DNA of 64,000 bases. Source: an uncultured Myxococcales bacterium (GTDB lineage Bacteria; Myxococcota_A; Polyangia; Fen-1088). Shown piece by piece: positions 41,445 through 49,738 of this stretch (within the stretch, counting starts at the first letter, position 1; each line of letters begins with the position of its first letter). The translations under genes and the position numbers were made by a program. The stretch lies in contig CAZPUH010000492.1 in the NCBI GenBank assembly GCA_964589215.1, positions 10,221-74,220 of the forward strand. Reading direction: 5' to 3'. A model generated the notes under the pieces. That model made no database searches, was not told the DNA's origin, and saw nothing but the letters and a program-made list of their open reading frames with translations.

Positions 41445-42866
41445 TCACCAGCGCAGGTCTTCCTGGGGATCTGGCTCGTGATCCTCGCGCTCCTCGAAGA
41501 CCGTGTATTCGGGCAGCCAGTCGACCTGGATCGTTCCAGGGTGACCGCCGCGGTACTTGCCGAAGATCAGCTTGGCGGGGTGCCGCCCCACCGCAGGCGG
41601 CGCGCTGTCCCACCAAGGAAAGACCACGACGTCCGCGTCCTGCTCGACGGCGCCTGACTCGCGCAGGTCGGTCAGGTTTGGCGCCCGCATCTTGCCGTCC
41701 TTGCCCACCATGTTCCGATTGAGCTGGCTGCAGAGCACCACTGGGCAGCCGAGTTGTTTGGCCAGCTTCTTCATCGCGCGCGTGATCTTGGCGACCTCGC
41801 GCTCGCGCGTGCGCTCGTCCTTGTCGGCCTCCACCAACCCCAGGTAGTCGACGATCACCAGCGCGCGCCCCTCCGGTGCGTGCCGCGCGCGCCAGCGCCG
41901 CGCCTCAGCGCAGATCTGCTGGGTGCGCAGGACGCGTTCGTCGACCCACAACGGGATTTCGTACAGCTTGCCCATCGCGCCCGTGAGGCGCACCCATTCG
42001 GGTCCGGTGAGCCGCCCGAGTCCGATCGCGTGACCGTTCACCTTGGCCGCGTTGGCCATGGCGCGCTCGATCAGTTCGTCTCGGCTCATCTCCAGCGAAA
42101 ACACCAGCGTGGGCACGCCCGCTCGAGCAGCCGCCACCGCCACCGTGTTGACCGCCCAGGCGGTCTTCCCGCCGCCCGGACGCGCGGCGACGATGATCAG
42201 GTGCTTGGCCCGAAGGCCGCCCACTTTGCGATCCACCGACGCGATCCCGGTCGGCACCAGGAAGTCCTCCGGCGCGCTGGCCCGTCGTTCGATCCGCTCG
42301 GTGACGTCGACCAGCACCTCGCCGATTCGCCGCGGGCCATCGTCGCCGCGCAGCTCGAGTCCCGCCACCGATCCCCGTAGGTCGTTCAGGAACGCCTCGA
42401 CGTCGGTTGGCCCCCCGTAGGCCACCGACACCGCCTCCAGGCATGTCGCGATCGCCCGCCGCAACGTTGCCTTGGCCGCGATCACCCTGGCGTAGTGCCG
42501 AACGTTCTCCGCCGTCGGCGTGTCATTCGCCAGCGAGACCAAGAACGCCTCGCCCCCGTCCAGCCGCTGCAGCCGCCCGCGAGCGCGGAGTTCGTCGGCA
42601 ACCGCCAAAATCTCCACCGGCCGACCCGCTGCGGCGACGTCCCGCATCACCTCGAAGATCTCCCGGTGCACGGGGAAGAAGAAATCGTCCACCCCGAGAT
42701 CGGTCAGGTCGTCGAGCGACGCAGGCCGGATGAACACCGACCCCAGCGCCCCCCGCTCCGCCCGTTCGCTGTGCGGCGGCACCTTCCCAACCAGGTCGAG
42801 CGTGGCATTTTTCCCCACGCCGTCAGACCGCCTGGCTTCGCTTCTGCTGCGCGCGTTCTCGTCCAA
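41445..42866 (-). CDS. dnaB: replicative DNA helicase DnaB
   Basis: PPHSERAERGALGSVF N-terminal motif, Walker A ARPGGGKT, FSLEMS, IVDYLGL. The start (TTG 42866) is uncertain. Confidence 0.85.
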   Translation of the reverse strand: MDENARSRSEARRSDGVGKNATLDLVGKVPPHSERAERGALGSVFIRPASLDDLTDLGVDDFFFPVHREIFEVMRDVAAAGRPVEILAVADELRARGRLQRLDGGEAFLVSLANDTPTAENVRHYARVIAAKATLRRAIATCLEAVSVAYGGPTDVEAFLNDLRGSVAGLELRGDDGPRRIGEVLVDVTERIERRASAPEDFLVPTGIASVDRKVGGLRAKHLIIVAARPGGGKTAWAVNTVAVAAARAGVPTLVFSLEMSRDELIERAMANAAKVNGHAIGLGRLTGPEWVRLTGAMGKLYEIPLWVDERVLRTQQICAEARRWRARHAPEGRALVIVDYLGLVEADKDERTREREVAKITRAMKKLAKQLGCPVVLCSQLNRNMVGKDGKMRAPNLTDLRESGAVEQDADVVVFPWWDSAPPAVGRHPAKLIFGKYRGGHPGTIQVDWLPEYTVFEEREDHEPDPQEDLRW

Positions 42867-42874
42867 GCCGTTCC

Positions 42875-42885
42875 GATACTACGCG
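42875..42885 (-). promoter_or_regulatory. class I promoter-like motif CGCGTAGTATC
   Basis: Exact 11-mer. TAGTAT ends 9 nt before TTG 42866. Confidence 0.55.
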
Positions 42886-42889
42886 CGCC

Positions 42890-43582
42890 CTAGGAACGCT
42901 TCGCAGGGCCAGGCTGGGCGGCGCCACGCATGCTGGCTCCGGCGATCGAGATGAACCGCCCGCTTTCACGGATGCGATCGGAGATCCGCTCCCGGTAGCG
43001 GTCCTTGAACTCGATCGCGCTCAGACCGGTGGTCATGACTGTCGGCAGCGCCCGGTCGTACCGGGTGTCCAGCACCTCGGTCAGCACCGACAGGAACCTC
43101 CCCTTCTGGTCGGCGTACTCGACGCCCAGGTCGTCGATCACCATGCGCGGCGCGTCCAGCAGCAGGTCCATCTGCTCCCGGTCGTAGCAGTCCCAGCGCG
43201 ACAGTGTGGCCGCCTTCACGAACAGGCAGCCCGGCTGCCAGCCGCCGATCAGCCAGAGCGCGGCGGCCGTCGTCTTGCCCACGCCGGGGTTTCCAGACAG
43301 CACCACCAGCGCGGCGCCGTCCTGCTGGGCCAGCAGCCTGGTCGCGTTCGTCTCGATTTTGCCGCCGCGCGCCAGCCGCACGTCTTTGGGCGGCACGCCG
43401 GCCAGCGCCATCTCGCGGTCCCGATCGTCGGCTGATGCCGTGGCGTCTTCGGCCGCCGCCCGCGCGCGCTCGGCCAAGATCCGCTCCTCCTGTTCCTTCC
43501 CCTCCGGCGTGCGCAACCAATCGGCCATCGCCGCCGCGAATGCCTCGGGCGTCGTGAACTCCCAGATTCGAGGCTTTTTCAC
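42890..43582 (-). CDS. DnaC/IstB-like AAA+ helicase loader
   Basis: LSGNPGVGKT, MVIDDLG, TVMTTG. GTGA overlap. Confidence 0.75.
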   Translation of the reverse strand: MKKPRIWEFTTPEAFAAAMADWLRTPEGKEQEERILAERARAAAEDATASADDRDREMALAGVPPKDVRLARGGKIETNATRLLAQQDGAALVVLSGNPGVGKTTAAALWLIGGWQPGCLFVKAATLSRWDCYDREQMDLLLDAPRMVIDDLGVEYADQKGRFLSVLTEVLDTRYDRALPTVMTTGLSAIEFKDRYRERISDRIRESGRFISIAGASMRGAAQPGPAKRS

Positions 43583-44475
43583 AGCGGCACGACCCCATTC
43601 GGCCGGTCGTAGACCCGTTGGTCGACGTGCCCGACCCGCTCACCCGCCGCAGCCGGCGCCGCCGGCTCCTTGGCCGGCACCAGCAGGCCGTTGAAGGCGG
43701 TGACGAACCAGGCCCATGGGTGTCTGGCCTTGACCATCCGCGGTGACCGGTCAGCCAGAAACTCCGCGAACATCACGGGAGCTCGGTCCTGCGCCGCCAG
43801 CCGCTGGCCGGGGGTCATGTGCCCCAGCAGGTCGCCGAGGGCGGCCGTGGCCTTCGTCGCCGCCTCCCCCCCACCAGGAAGCGTCAGCGTCTGATAGGCC
43901 GCCGACCATGCCGTGCCGAACTTTCGTTGCCAGACGAACTCGTTCCAGATTCTGGCATCCGGTGTGCTACGCGCGCCCGCCGGAGCCCCAGATCCAAGAG
44001 AAAGAGGATCAGATCCTGATCGCAGATCTGCTTCTGCTTGGGCAGACAGAGCGGGACTTTCGGGACTTGTCCCGGACTGTCCCGGACAAGGTGGGACATC
44101 CGCCGACGCACGCGCACGTTGGTCTCTCTTCCGCAACCGCTCGTATTCACGCCTGACCTCTTCGTCTCTGGCCTCACGGAAGCGTTGGTAGTTCAGGAGC
44201 AGCCAGCCCCGTTCAACCTCGCGAATCCGGCGCCCCTCGTGTTCTTTGCTGCGCGAGAACGGGTCAGGTGACGACAGCTTCTGAAGAGCCGCGAGCGTCT
44301 CCTCGATCGAGATCCTTGCGCGACCGGCCAGACCAGGAACGCTGGCTCCCACATAGCCGTGCTGATCGGCCATGGCCAACATTGTCACCCACACGATTCG
44401 GGTGGCGTTGTCCTCCGTCCAAATGCTGGAGTCCACGATCGACGAAAACAGTTTCGTAAAGCTTCGTTCGTTCAT
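43579..44475 (-). CDS. replication initiation protein (winged-helix N-terminus)
   Basis: From ATG 44475: MNERSFTKLFSSIVDSSIWTEDNATRIVWVTMLAMADQHGYV... Lies upstream of the loader and helicase. Confidence 0.55.
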   Translation of the reverse strand: MNERSFTKLFSSIVDSSIWTEDNATRIVWVTMLAMADQHGYVGASVPGLAGRARISIEETLAALQKLSSPDPFSRSKEHEGRRIREVERGWLLLNYQRFREARDEEVRREYERLRKRDQRARASADVPPCPGQSGTSPESPALSAQAEADLRSGSDPLSLGSGAPAGARSTPDARIWNEFVWQRKFGTAWSAAYQTLTLPGGGEAATKATAALGDLLGHMTPGQRLAAQDRAPVMFAEFLADRSPRMVKARHPWAWFVTAFNGLLVPAKEPAAPAAAGERVGHVDQRVYDRPNGVVPL

Positions 44476-44479
44476 TGCA

Positions 44480-44620
44480 TCAGCTCCCGCATGACGCGAT
44501 GGGCCTCGCGGTGACATCGCCGTCGGCGAGCAGAAGCAGCGTCAACCACACCCAGCGTGTAACCACTGGTCGACTGGGCAAGCTCGAGTCGAGTACAGCT
44601 TTCTGAACGCGAACATCCAT
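44480..44620 (-). CDS. 46-aa fragment paralogous to the initiator N-terminus
   Basis: MDVRVQKAVLDSSLPSRPVVTRWVWLTLLLLADGDV aligns with IVDSSIWTEDNATRIVWVTMLAMADQHGYV. Confidence 0.35.
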   Translation of the reverse strand: MDVRVQKAVLDSSLPSRPVVTRWVWLTLLLLADGDVTARPIASCGS

Positions 44621-44854
44621 TCCGATGCCTCTCGTGCTGCCCGGCCCCTGCGCCAACCTGCCCTTTTCTTCGATGTTTGCGCGCACCTCCGTCAGAGCGT
44701 GACTGGTGCAGGGACCGGGCAATACGAAAACACCGGAGGGCGCGCCTCGACCATATGCGTGGATCTGGGACAGCGGATCCAGATCTTTTTTTCGACTTCG
44801 TGACTTGCGTTTCGAACGCGTGGACTTACGCGCTGGCGTCCACAGCCTGTGGAT

Positions 44855-45568
44855 TCAGAACGTCGGATCGTCGTCGGCTGGCGTCGGTGGCTCCGGCGCG
44901 GGCGCCTGCTGATCCAGATCCTCCCACTCCGGCGCGCGTGGGTCGACCTCGCGCACCAGAGCGGCGATCCCATCGTTCGTCGCCTGGTCGCCGCCCGCCG
45001 CACCGACCAGCGCCTGCACGACCTTGGTCACCTGGAACGCGCTCGCGCGGTAGCCGCGCGCCGCGAACTTCTGCAGGCGCAGCAACGTCCCGCCGGCGGT
45101 GTTGTCGACCGGATCCATGTAGACCAGACGTCGGGCGGCCAGGTCGACGTAGAACCGCGGATCGCAGACCGACGCCCAGCCAACACCGTTCCGGCGCCAC
45201 CAGACCGCCGCCCGCGCCACGGAGAAGTCGAACGAACGGATCAGCTGCTCCGGCGTGCTGTATGACCAGCGGGTGATGAACTGCACGGTCCGCCGGTCGC
45301 GCGCGACGACCGTGATGGCGTTGGAGCTGTCGACCTGGCGGGCGGAGCAGAACGGCGGCAGCTTGGACTTGTAGGCGGCCGCTGCCTCCCGACATGCCGC
45401 CTCGTCGGCGCCGAAGACATCGATGTCGGAAATCTTCTCCCCCGTCACCGCCGCACGCACGACGCCGCCCGCCACCACGACGTCGTGCGTCTTTGCGATC
45501 TCGACGAGTTCGCCCGGCAGCTTCCGAACCACCCGCGCGACATCCCGATCGTCGAGCGTTGTCGTCAT
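44855..45568 (-). CDS. Pol-beta-fold nucleotidyltransferase (CCA-adding / poly(A) polymerase head-like)
   Basis: VVAGGVVRAAVTGEKISDIDVF resembles GGxVRDxxLGxxxxDxD. ATGA overlap start at 45568. Confidence 0.5.
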   Translation of the reverse strand: MTTTLDDRDVARVVRKLPGELVEIAKTHDVVVAGGVVRAAVTGEKISDIDVFGADEAACREAAAAYKSKLPPFCSARQVDSSNAITVVARDRRTVQFITRWSYSTPEQLIRSFDFSVARAAVWWRRNGVGWASVCDPRFYVDLAARRLVYMDPVDNTAGGTLLRLQKFAARGYRASAFQVTKVVQALVGAAGGDQATNDGIAALVREVDPRAPEWEDLDQQAPAPEPPTPADDDPTF

Positions 45569-46437
45569 GGCTTGAACGCTTCGATCTGGTCCGCCAACTT
45601 GCGCAGACGCCCCTGCGCCCATTCGATGGCGTCAGCGCACGGCTCCGCGAGCGCGGGCGCTGCCTCGGCCAGGGCGCGGATCCGGCCCGCGTAGACCCTG
45701 ACCTTCTCGACGTCCGGCGCCAGCGCCGCAAGGCGCGCCTCCTCCGCGCGGGCCCGCTCCTCGGCTTCAGCCGCCTCGCGCCGCGCGCGCTCAGCCGCCT
45801 CGCGCTGCTCCTGTTCCAGCCGTGCGGCCGCCTCCCGCTCCCGCAGCTCGCGCTCCCGCGCCTCCTGCTCGCGCCGCTGGGCCGCCAGTCGGTCACGTTC
45901 GGCCTGGGCGGCCGCCTCTTCCTGGCGGCGCCGCTCGGCGAGCTTGGCCTCCTCTTCGGCCAGCCTCCGGCGTTCTTCGGCGAGCCGCGCCTCTTCCTCC
46001 GCGCGCTTCTTCTTCGCCTCGGCCTCGTCGGCCTCGCGCTTGACCCGGAGCTCCTCCTCGAGCTTGATCAGCTCCGCTCGCTCCTCGTCCCGCTTGCGCT
46101 TGGCCTCGGCCTCGTCGACCGCGTCCTTGGCCGCCTGCAGCGGATCTTCGATGTCGGAGATGAGCTTCGTCAGCTCCTTCGCCGCGGCGTCGACCCGCCT
46201 GCCGTACTCCAGCGAATCGGCCTTGAGCTCCTTGCGCCGCTTCTCGACCTTGCCCCGCAGATCCCGCAGCGTCCCGATCGCCTTTCGGCCGACCTCATAG
46301 TTCGCTGGCGTGTCGAACGTGACGCCCTGAAATCGAGCTCGCAGCTCTGCGATCGCCTCTCCGGACACCCCGTACCTGGCGACCAGCTGGGTCGCCGTCG
46401 GGATGTCCGTGTTCGTCGTCGTCACTTCTTCAGCCAC
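45565..46437 (-). CDS. E/R/A-rich coiled-coil protein
   Basis: 290 aa with a long charged helical repeat region. Alternative GTGA-coupled start at 46425. Confidence 0.6.
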   Translation of the reverse strand: MAEEVTTTNTDIPTATQLVARYGVSGEAIAELRARFQGVTFDTPANYEVGRKAIGTLRDLRGKVEKRRKELKADSLEYGRRVDAAAKELTKLISDIEDPLQAAKDAVDEAEAKRKRDEERAELIKLEEELRVKREADEAEAKKKRAEEEARLAEERRRLAEEEAKLAERRRQEEAAAQAERDRLAAQRREQEARERELREREAAARLEQEQREAAERARREAAEAEERARAEEARLAALAPDVEKVRVYAGRIRALAEAAPALAEPCADAIEWAQGRLRKLADQIEAFKP

Positions 46438-47483
46438 GGCGGCGTCTCCTCGTCCGTCTGCGGGTTGCCCTTGGCCGGCTTGCGCGTCTTCTTCTCGCGC
46501 TCCAGCGCTTCGATCTCCTCCTGCGTCGGCGCCGCCGCCGCGCGGTCAGCCGCGTCGGGGTCGTCACCTGCGGGCTGGCTTTTGACCTCCGGCTTGGGGG
46601 CCGGCTCCTTGGTCTCCGGCTTCGCGTTCGCCGCGGACTCCGGGCGCTTGATCGGCTCGCGCTTGCCGACCTCTCCGGGGATCGGGGTGGCCGTCATGAT
46701 CTGGGGGAACACCTCGTCGACCGGCTCGCCGTCCTTCACGCGCGTGCCAAGACCGATCAGCACCTCGATGTCCTCGATCGTGACGTCGTCCAGATGCTCA
46801 CGCTCGACCACCGCCAACATACGCTCGACCGACACACCCATCCGCTGGCAGGCCGCGGCGATGTCCTTCCGCTTCTCCGGCATCGATTTGCCCTCGCCGG
46901 CGGCCATCTGTCGGACGCGCACGAAGATCTGATCCACCAGGGCCCGCGGCACGACTCGGAAGATCGCGTTTCGGAGCGCGATCGAGCTGGCCGCATTCTG
47001 GGTGAGGATGATCATGTCCTCGCTGTAGCGGTGACCTTCGGATGTCGTGATCCGGCGCTTCACCTCGGAGATCATGCGGACGTTCCGCTGGACGTCCCAG
47101 CAGATGCCCTGGCACGTCACCGTCGTTTCATCGACGTCCACCGGGCGCGCGGCGGCATGCAGGTTGGTGTACGTCGACGCCACGATTTCGGCCAGACGGA
47201 TCGACGGTCCGATGATGTACTTGATCTTGCCCTTCTCCCGCCGCTTGAGCGTGTACATGCAGCTCTTCGCGACCTCCTGACTGGTGATCGCGATCGAAGT
47301 GGCTTCGCGCACGAACGTGCCGACGCTACGCGGATACCGATGGGCCGCGTCCAGCTGGGCGTCGACCTCGCTCCGATTGAGGGCTGACAGCGTCTGGGTG
47401 TCTGGTCGGATCAGCTGCGCCTCCTCGTCCATCCGCATCAAGTCCGTGTTCACGTCGTCTTCATCGTTCGTCGCCATCGTCAC
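46422..47483 (-). CDS. putative single-strand annealing recombinase
   Basis: 353 aa, immediately downstream of the Cas4-like exonuclease, the classic exo/annealase pairing. I did not recognise a family. Confidence 0.4.
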   Translation of the reverse strand: MTMATNDEDDVNTDLMRMDEEAQLIRPDTQTLSALNRSEVDAQLDAAHRYPRSVGTFVREATSIAITSQEVAKSCMYTLKRREKGKIKYIIGPSIRLAEIVASTYTNLHAAARPVDVDETTVTCQGICWDVQRNVRMISEVKRRITTSEGHRYSEDMIILTQNAASSIALRNAIFRVVPRALVDQIFVRVRQMAAGEGKSMPEKRKDIAAACQRMGVSVERMLAVVEREHLDDVTIEDIEVLIGLGTRVKDGEPVDEVFPQIMTATPIPGEVGKREPIKRPESAANAKPETKEPAPKPEVKSQPAGDDPDAADRAAAAPTQEEIEALEREKKTRKPAKGNPQTDEETPPWLKK

Positions 47484-48640
47484 TCCTTGACCCGCAGGTC
47501 CATCAGCTTTTCGTTGGTCTCGGTCGTCACCGCTCCGGCCGCCTCAAGGGCCTCGGCAACAGCTTCGATCGCTTTCTTCTTCCCACCCTTTGGCGTCTTC
47601 GCCGCCACCGCGTCGTCGACCGCCGACATCCCGATCTTCATGCAGCCCAGGATTTCGTCTTCTGTCAGGTGCTCGCGAAGCACTGGCAGCCCCAGCTTCG
47701 GTGATACTACGCGCCGGGGGCTGTCAATGAAGCGCAGCTCCCGGCCGTCACCGTCCGGCAGCGCGCCGCCGGCCGCGCGCACCCGCTTCTGGACGGCCTC
47801 GTGCAGGCTCTTGCCCAGCCGCTCGACCGACTTCCAGCGCCGCCAGATAGAGACCACCTCGCTGTCCGACAGGTCGCCCAAGCCAGCCTCGACCTTCGCC
47901 GCCATGGCCTCGCCGCCGAACACCAGGACGTCCCGCCGCGCGGTCGTCGCGAGCGCCGGGCAGGCCGCCGCGCGCGGGCAGATCGAGCAGTGGCCCCCCG
48001 GGTGGTAGACGCCGTCCCACTGCACGACGCGCTCCCGAACCTCGTCCAGCCACTGCCAAAGATTCTCTCGCGTCATCCGCTCTACGCGCTCGGTCTGGCC
48101 GGACCGCATCCAGCCGACGAACCCGTCCACCTTCTCGACTGACGGGTAGTTTCCCAGCACCAGCGCCGAGTACGCGTGCACTTGATGCTGGTAGTCCCGG
48201 TCCATCCGGCCGAACTTCCAGTCACCGTGGGCCGCCATCAGCCGCGCCACCGCCAGCGCGTCGATGTGCCCGCTCAGCTCCAGGACGACTCCGGGCGCGA
48301 TCTCGAAGCTCGCCTCCAGGTAGACCTCGCTCTGGGCCGGCCGCAGCCACTCGCGCACGGACTTCCAGACCTTCAGCCCGATGAATGCCGTGATCTTTAG
48401 GTCATCGACATCCACCGACCAGCGACGCGCGATCGGTTCCAGATCGACCTCGTAGAGCGTGGTGGCGTCGGCGTCCACCAGCGCCGCCATGACAGCGTGC
48501 CCGGCTGACCCGCCGTCGCCGGCGTCGCTCACCGGGTCGACCAGAACGCCGCCCTCTTGCACCGGACGAGCCGAGCCGGGGCAGGTAAAGGCCGCCGGCA
48601 TCGAGCTCGCCCGAATCCGGAAAACGACGCGCTCGCTCAC
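47480..48640 (-). CDS. PD-(D/E)XK (Cas4/RecB-like) nuclease with 4-Cys cluster
   Basis: GHIDAL...DWKFG, QHQVHAY (QxxxY). Cys pattern is C(19)...C-x2-C-x5-C (HCSICPRAAAC). Confidence 0.65.
   Translation of the reverse strand: MSERVVFRIRASSMPAAFTCPGSARPVQEGGVLVDPVSDAGDGGSAGHAVMAALVDADATTLYEVDLEPIARRWSVDVDDLKITAFIGLKVWKSVREWLRPAQSEVYLEASFEIAPGVVLELSGHIDALAVARLMAAHGDWKFGRMDRDYQHQVHAYSALVLGNYPSVEKVDGFVGWMRSGQTERVERMTRENLWQWLDEVRERVVQWDGVYHPGGHCSICPRAAACPALATTARRDVLVFGGEAMAAKVEAGLGDLSDSEVVSIWRRWKSVERLGKSLHEAVQKRVRAAGGALPDGDGRELRFIDSPRRVVSPKLGLPVLREHLTEDEILGCMKIGMSAVDDAVAAKTPKGGKKKAIEAVAEALEAAGAVTTETNEKLMDLRVKE
47703..47713 (-). promoter_or_regulatory. class I motif copy internal to the nuclease gene
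   Basis: Exact 11-mer (coding SPRRVVSP), 220 nt upstream of recombinase start 47483. No start codon lies within 10 nt. Confidence 0.4.
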
Positions 48641-48957
48641 GACGCCGCCGGGATCTCGAACGCCTTCTGGAGAGTCGCCAGGTGGATCCAGACGTTGCCG
48701 CTGGGTCCCTTCTTTACGGGCGCGGGCCCGCCAACCAACTGCGGAATCGCCACCGTGTCGCCGTCCAGGTGCCGGCGCACGCGGTCATAGATGCTGGTGG
48801 CAGCTCGATTGACGGCGCGGGCGGCGGCGGCCACAGACACGTAACCGTCGCCGTCCATCTTGGCCGCCTCCGCCGCGTCGGGCTTTCGCCCGCGTGGGTT
48901 ACCGCCGCCGTGCTTCTTCTTCCTGATCTTCTTCGGTTTCTTCTGGGGCTTCGCCAT
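48637..48957 (-). CDS. HTH DNA-binding protein with Lys-rich N-terminus
   Basis: MAKPQKKPKKIRKKKHGG...YVSVAAAARAVNRAATSIYDRVRR. The class I motif ends 7 nt upstream. Confidence 0.6.
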   Translation of the reverse strand: MAKPQKKPKKIRKKKHGGGNPRGRKPDAAEAAKMDGDGYVSVAAAARAVNRAATSIYDRVRRHLDGDTVAIPQLVGGPAPVKKGPSGNVWIHLATLQKAFEIPAAS

Positions 48958-48963
48958 GCGGCA

Positions 48964-48974
48964 GATACTACGCG
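48964..48974 (-). promoter_or_regulatory. class I promoter-like motif CGCGTAGTATC
   Basis: Exact 11-mer. TAGTAT ends 7 nt before ATG 48957. Its TAG is the stop codon of 48968..49630. Confidence 0.6.
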
Positions 48975-49630
48975 CGCCGCCCCTCCGAGCCCTCGCCGAG
49001 CATGATGCGGATGTGCGAGACCACCGGATCGCGGCCGACAGCCTCCACGAACTGCCGCAGGATCGAGCGAGCCGTGAGCGGTGGCAGCTTGGCGCGGCGG
49101 GCCAGCGCGGACAAATCGGCGTTCCGCGCCGGGCCCATCGCCGCGCGCACCAGCTTCTGCCCGCGAGGCTCGAGCTTCTTCAGCAGCATGGCCGTGCGGA
49201 TCACGCGCTCTCGCTCGCCGCGCATCCCGATCTCTGGCGCGTCATCAGCGGACGCCGCGAACCGCTCCTCGCTCCGCTCGCCCTCCCCGCCCGTCCACGT
49301 CAGGGACTTCGTCCGGAACAGGTTGCTCGTGTCCTCCTTCGTCCTGCCACCGATCGCTCCGTCTGAAATCGTCAGCACCGTCGCCTGACGACGAAGCGCA
49401 AGCTTCGTCCGGCGGAACGCCGCCGTGCAGGCGACGCTGAACGGCTTGTCGAACGTCCGGTGACCGTACCGCTCCCGCCAATCTGCAGCCACCACGTACG
49501 CGACCTGCAGCGCCTCCTCGCGGTGTTCCCGGCGATATTTGGAGCTCACGTACCTGGCCACCTCGAGCGGCTCGACGGTGATGCCCCTCTTTACGGCCGA
49601 CTTCGAATCGACGACAGTTTCTGACTGCAT
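48968..49630 (-). CDS. sigma-70-family-like (ECF-sized) factor, putative
   Basis: Region-2-like EEALQVAYVVAADWRERYG...FSVACTAAFRRTKLALRRQ. Region-4-like LEPRGQKLVRAAMGPARNADLSALARRAKLPPLTARSILRQ. GAGGAGG SD. Confidence 0.45.
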   Translation of the reverse strand: MQSETVVDSKSAVKRGITVEPLEVARYVSSKYRREHREEALQVAYVVAADWRERYGHRTFDKPFSVACTAAFRRTKLALRRQATVLTISDGAIGGRTKEDTSNLFRTKSLTWTGGEGERSEERFAASADDAPEIGMRGERERVIRTAMLLKKLEPRGQKLVRAAMGPARNADLSALARRAKLPPLTARSILRQFVEAVGRDPVVSHIRIMLGEGSEGRRA

Positions 49631-49659
49631 GCGGACCTCCTCTTGGCGGTGGGGGTTCT

Positions 49660-49701
49660 GAAGAGGAGCGGGGTCGGATTCGTCCGGCCCCGCTCCTCTT
49701 C
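49660..49701 (-). promoter_or_regulatory. 19-bp stem-loop at the predicted 5' end of the sigma-like mRNA
   Basis: GAAGAGGAGCGGGGTCGGA-TTCG-TCCGGCCCCGCTCCTCTTC on the top strand. There is one non-Watson-Crick position. It starts about 8 nt after the class III -10. Confidence 0.5.
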
Positions 49702-49709
49702 TCTCCCGG

Positions 49710-49738
49710 AGCCTAGCGGCGTCCGTAAGTGTTGTAAA
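49710..49738 (-). promoter_or_regulatory. class III sigma70-like promoter TTTACA-N17-TAGGCT
   Basis: AT-rich island upstream of the sigma-like gene. Shares a 19-nt block with 14973 and 24027. Confidence 0.6.

Noticed and set aside
43961-43976. Partial class I-like strings inside coding DNA: GCGCGTAGCACACC (43961-43976), GCGCGTATCAC (near 22788), GAGTATC (near 53886).
   Set aside because: They lack the TAnnnT final T or the full extension, and they are not followed by start codons. They are probably chance similarity.
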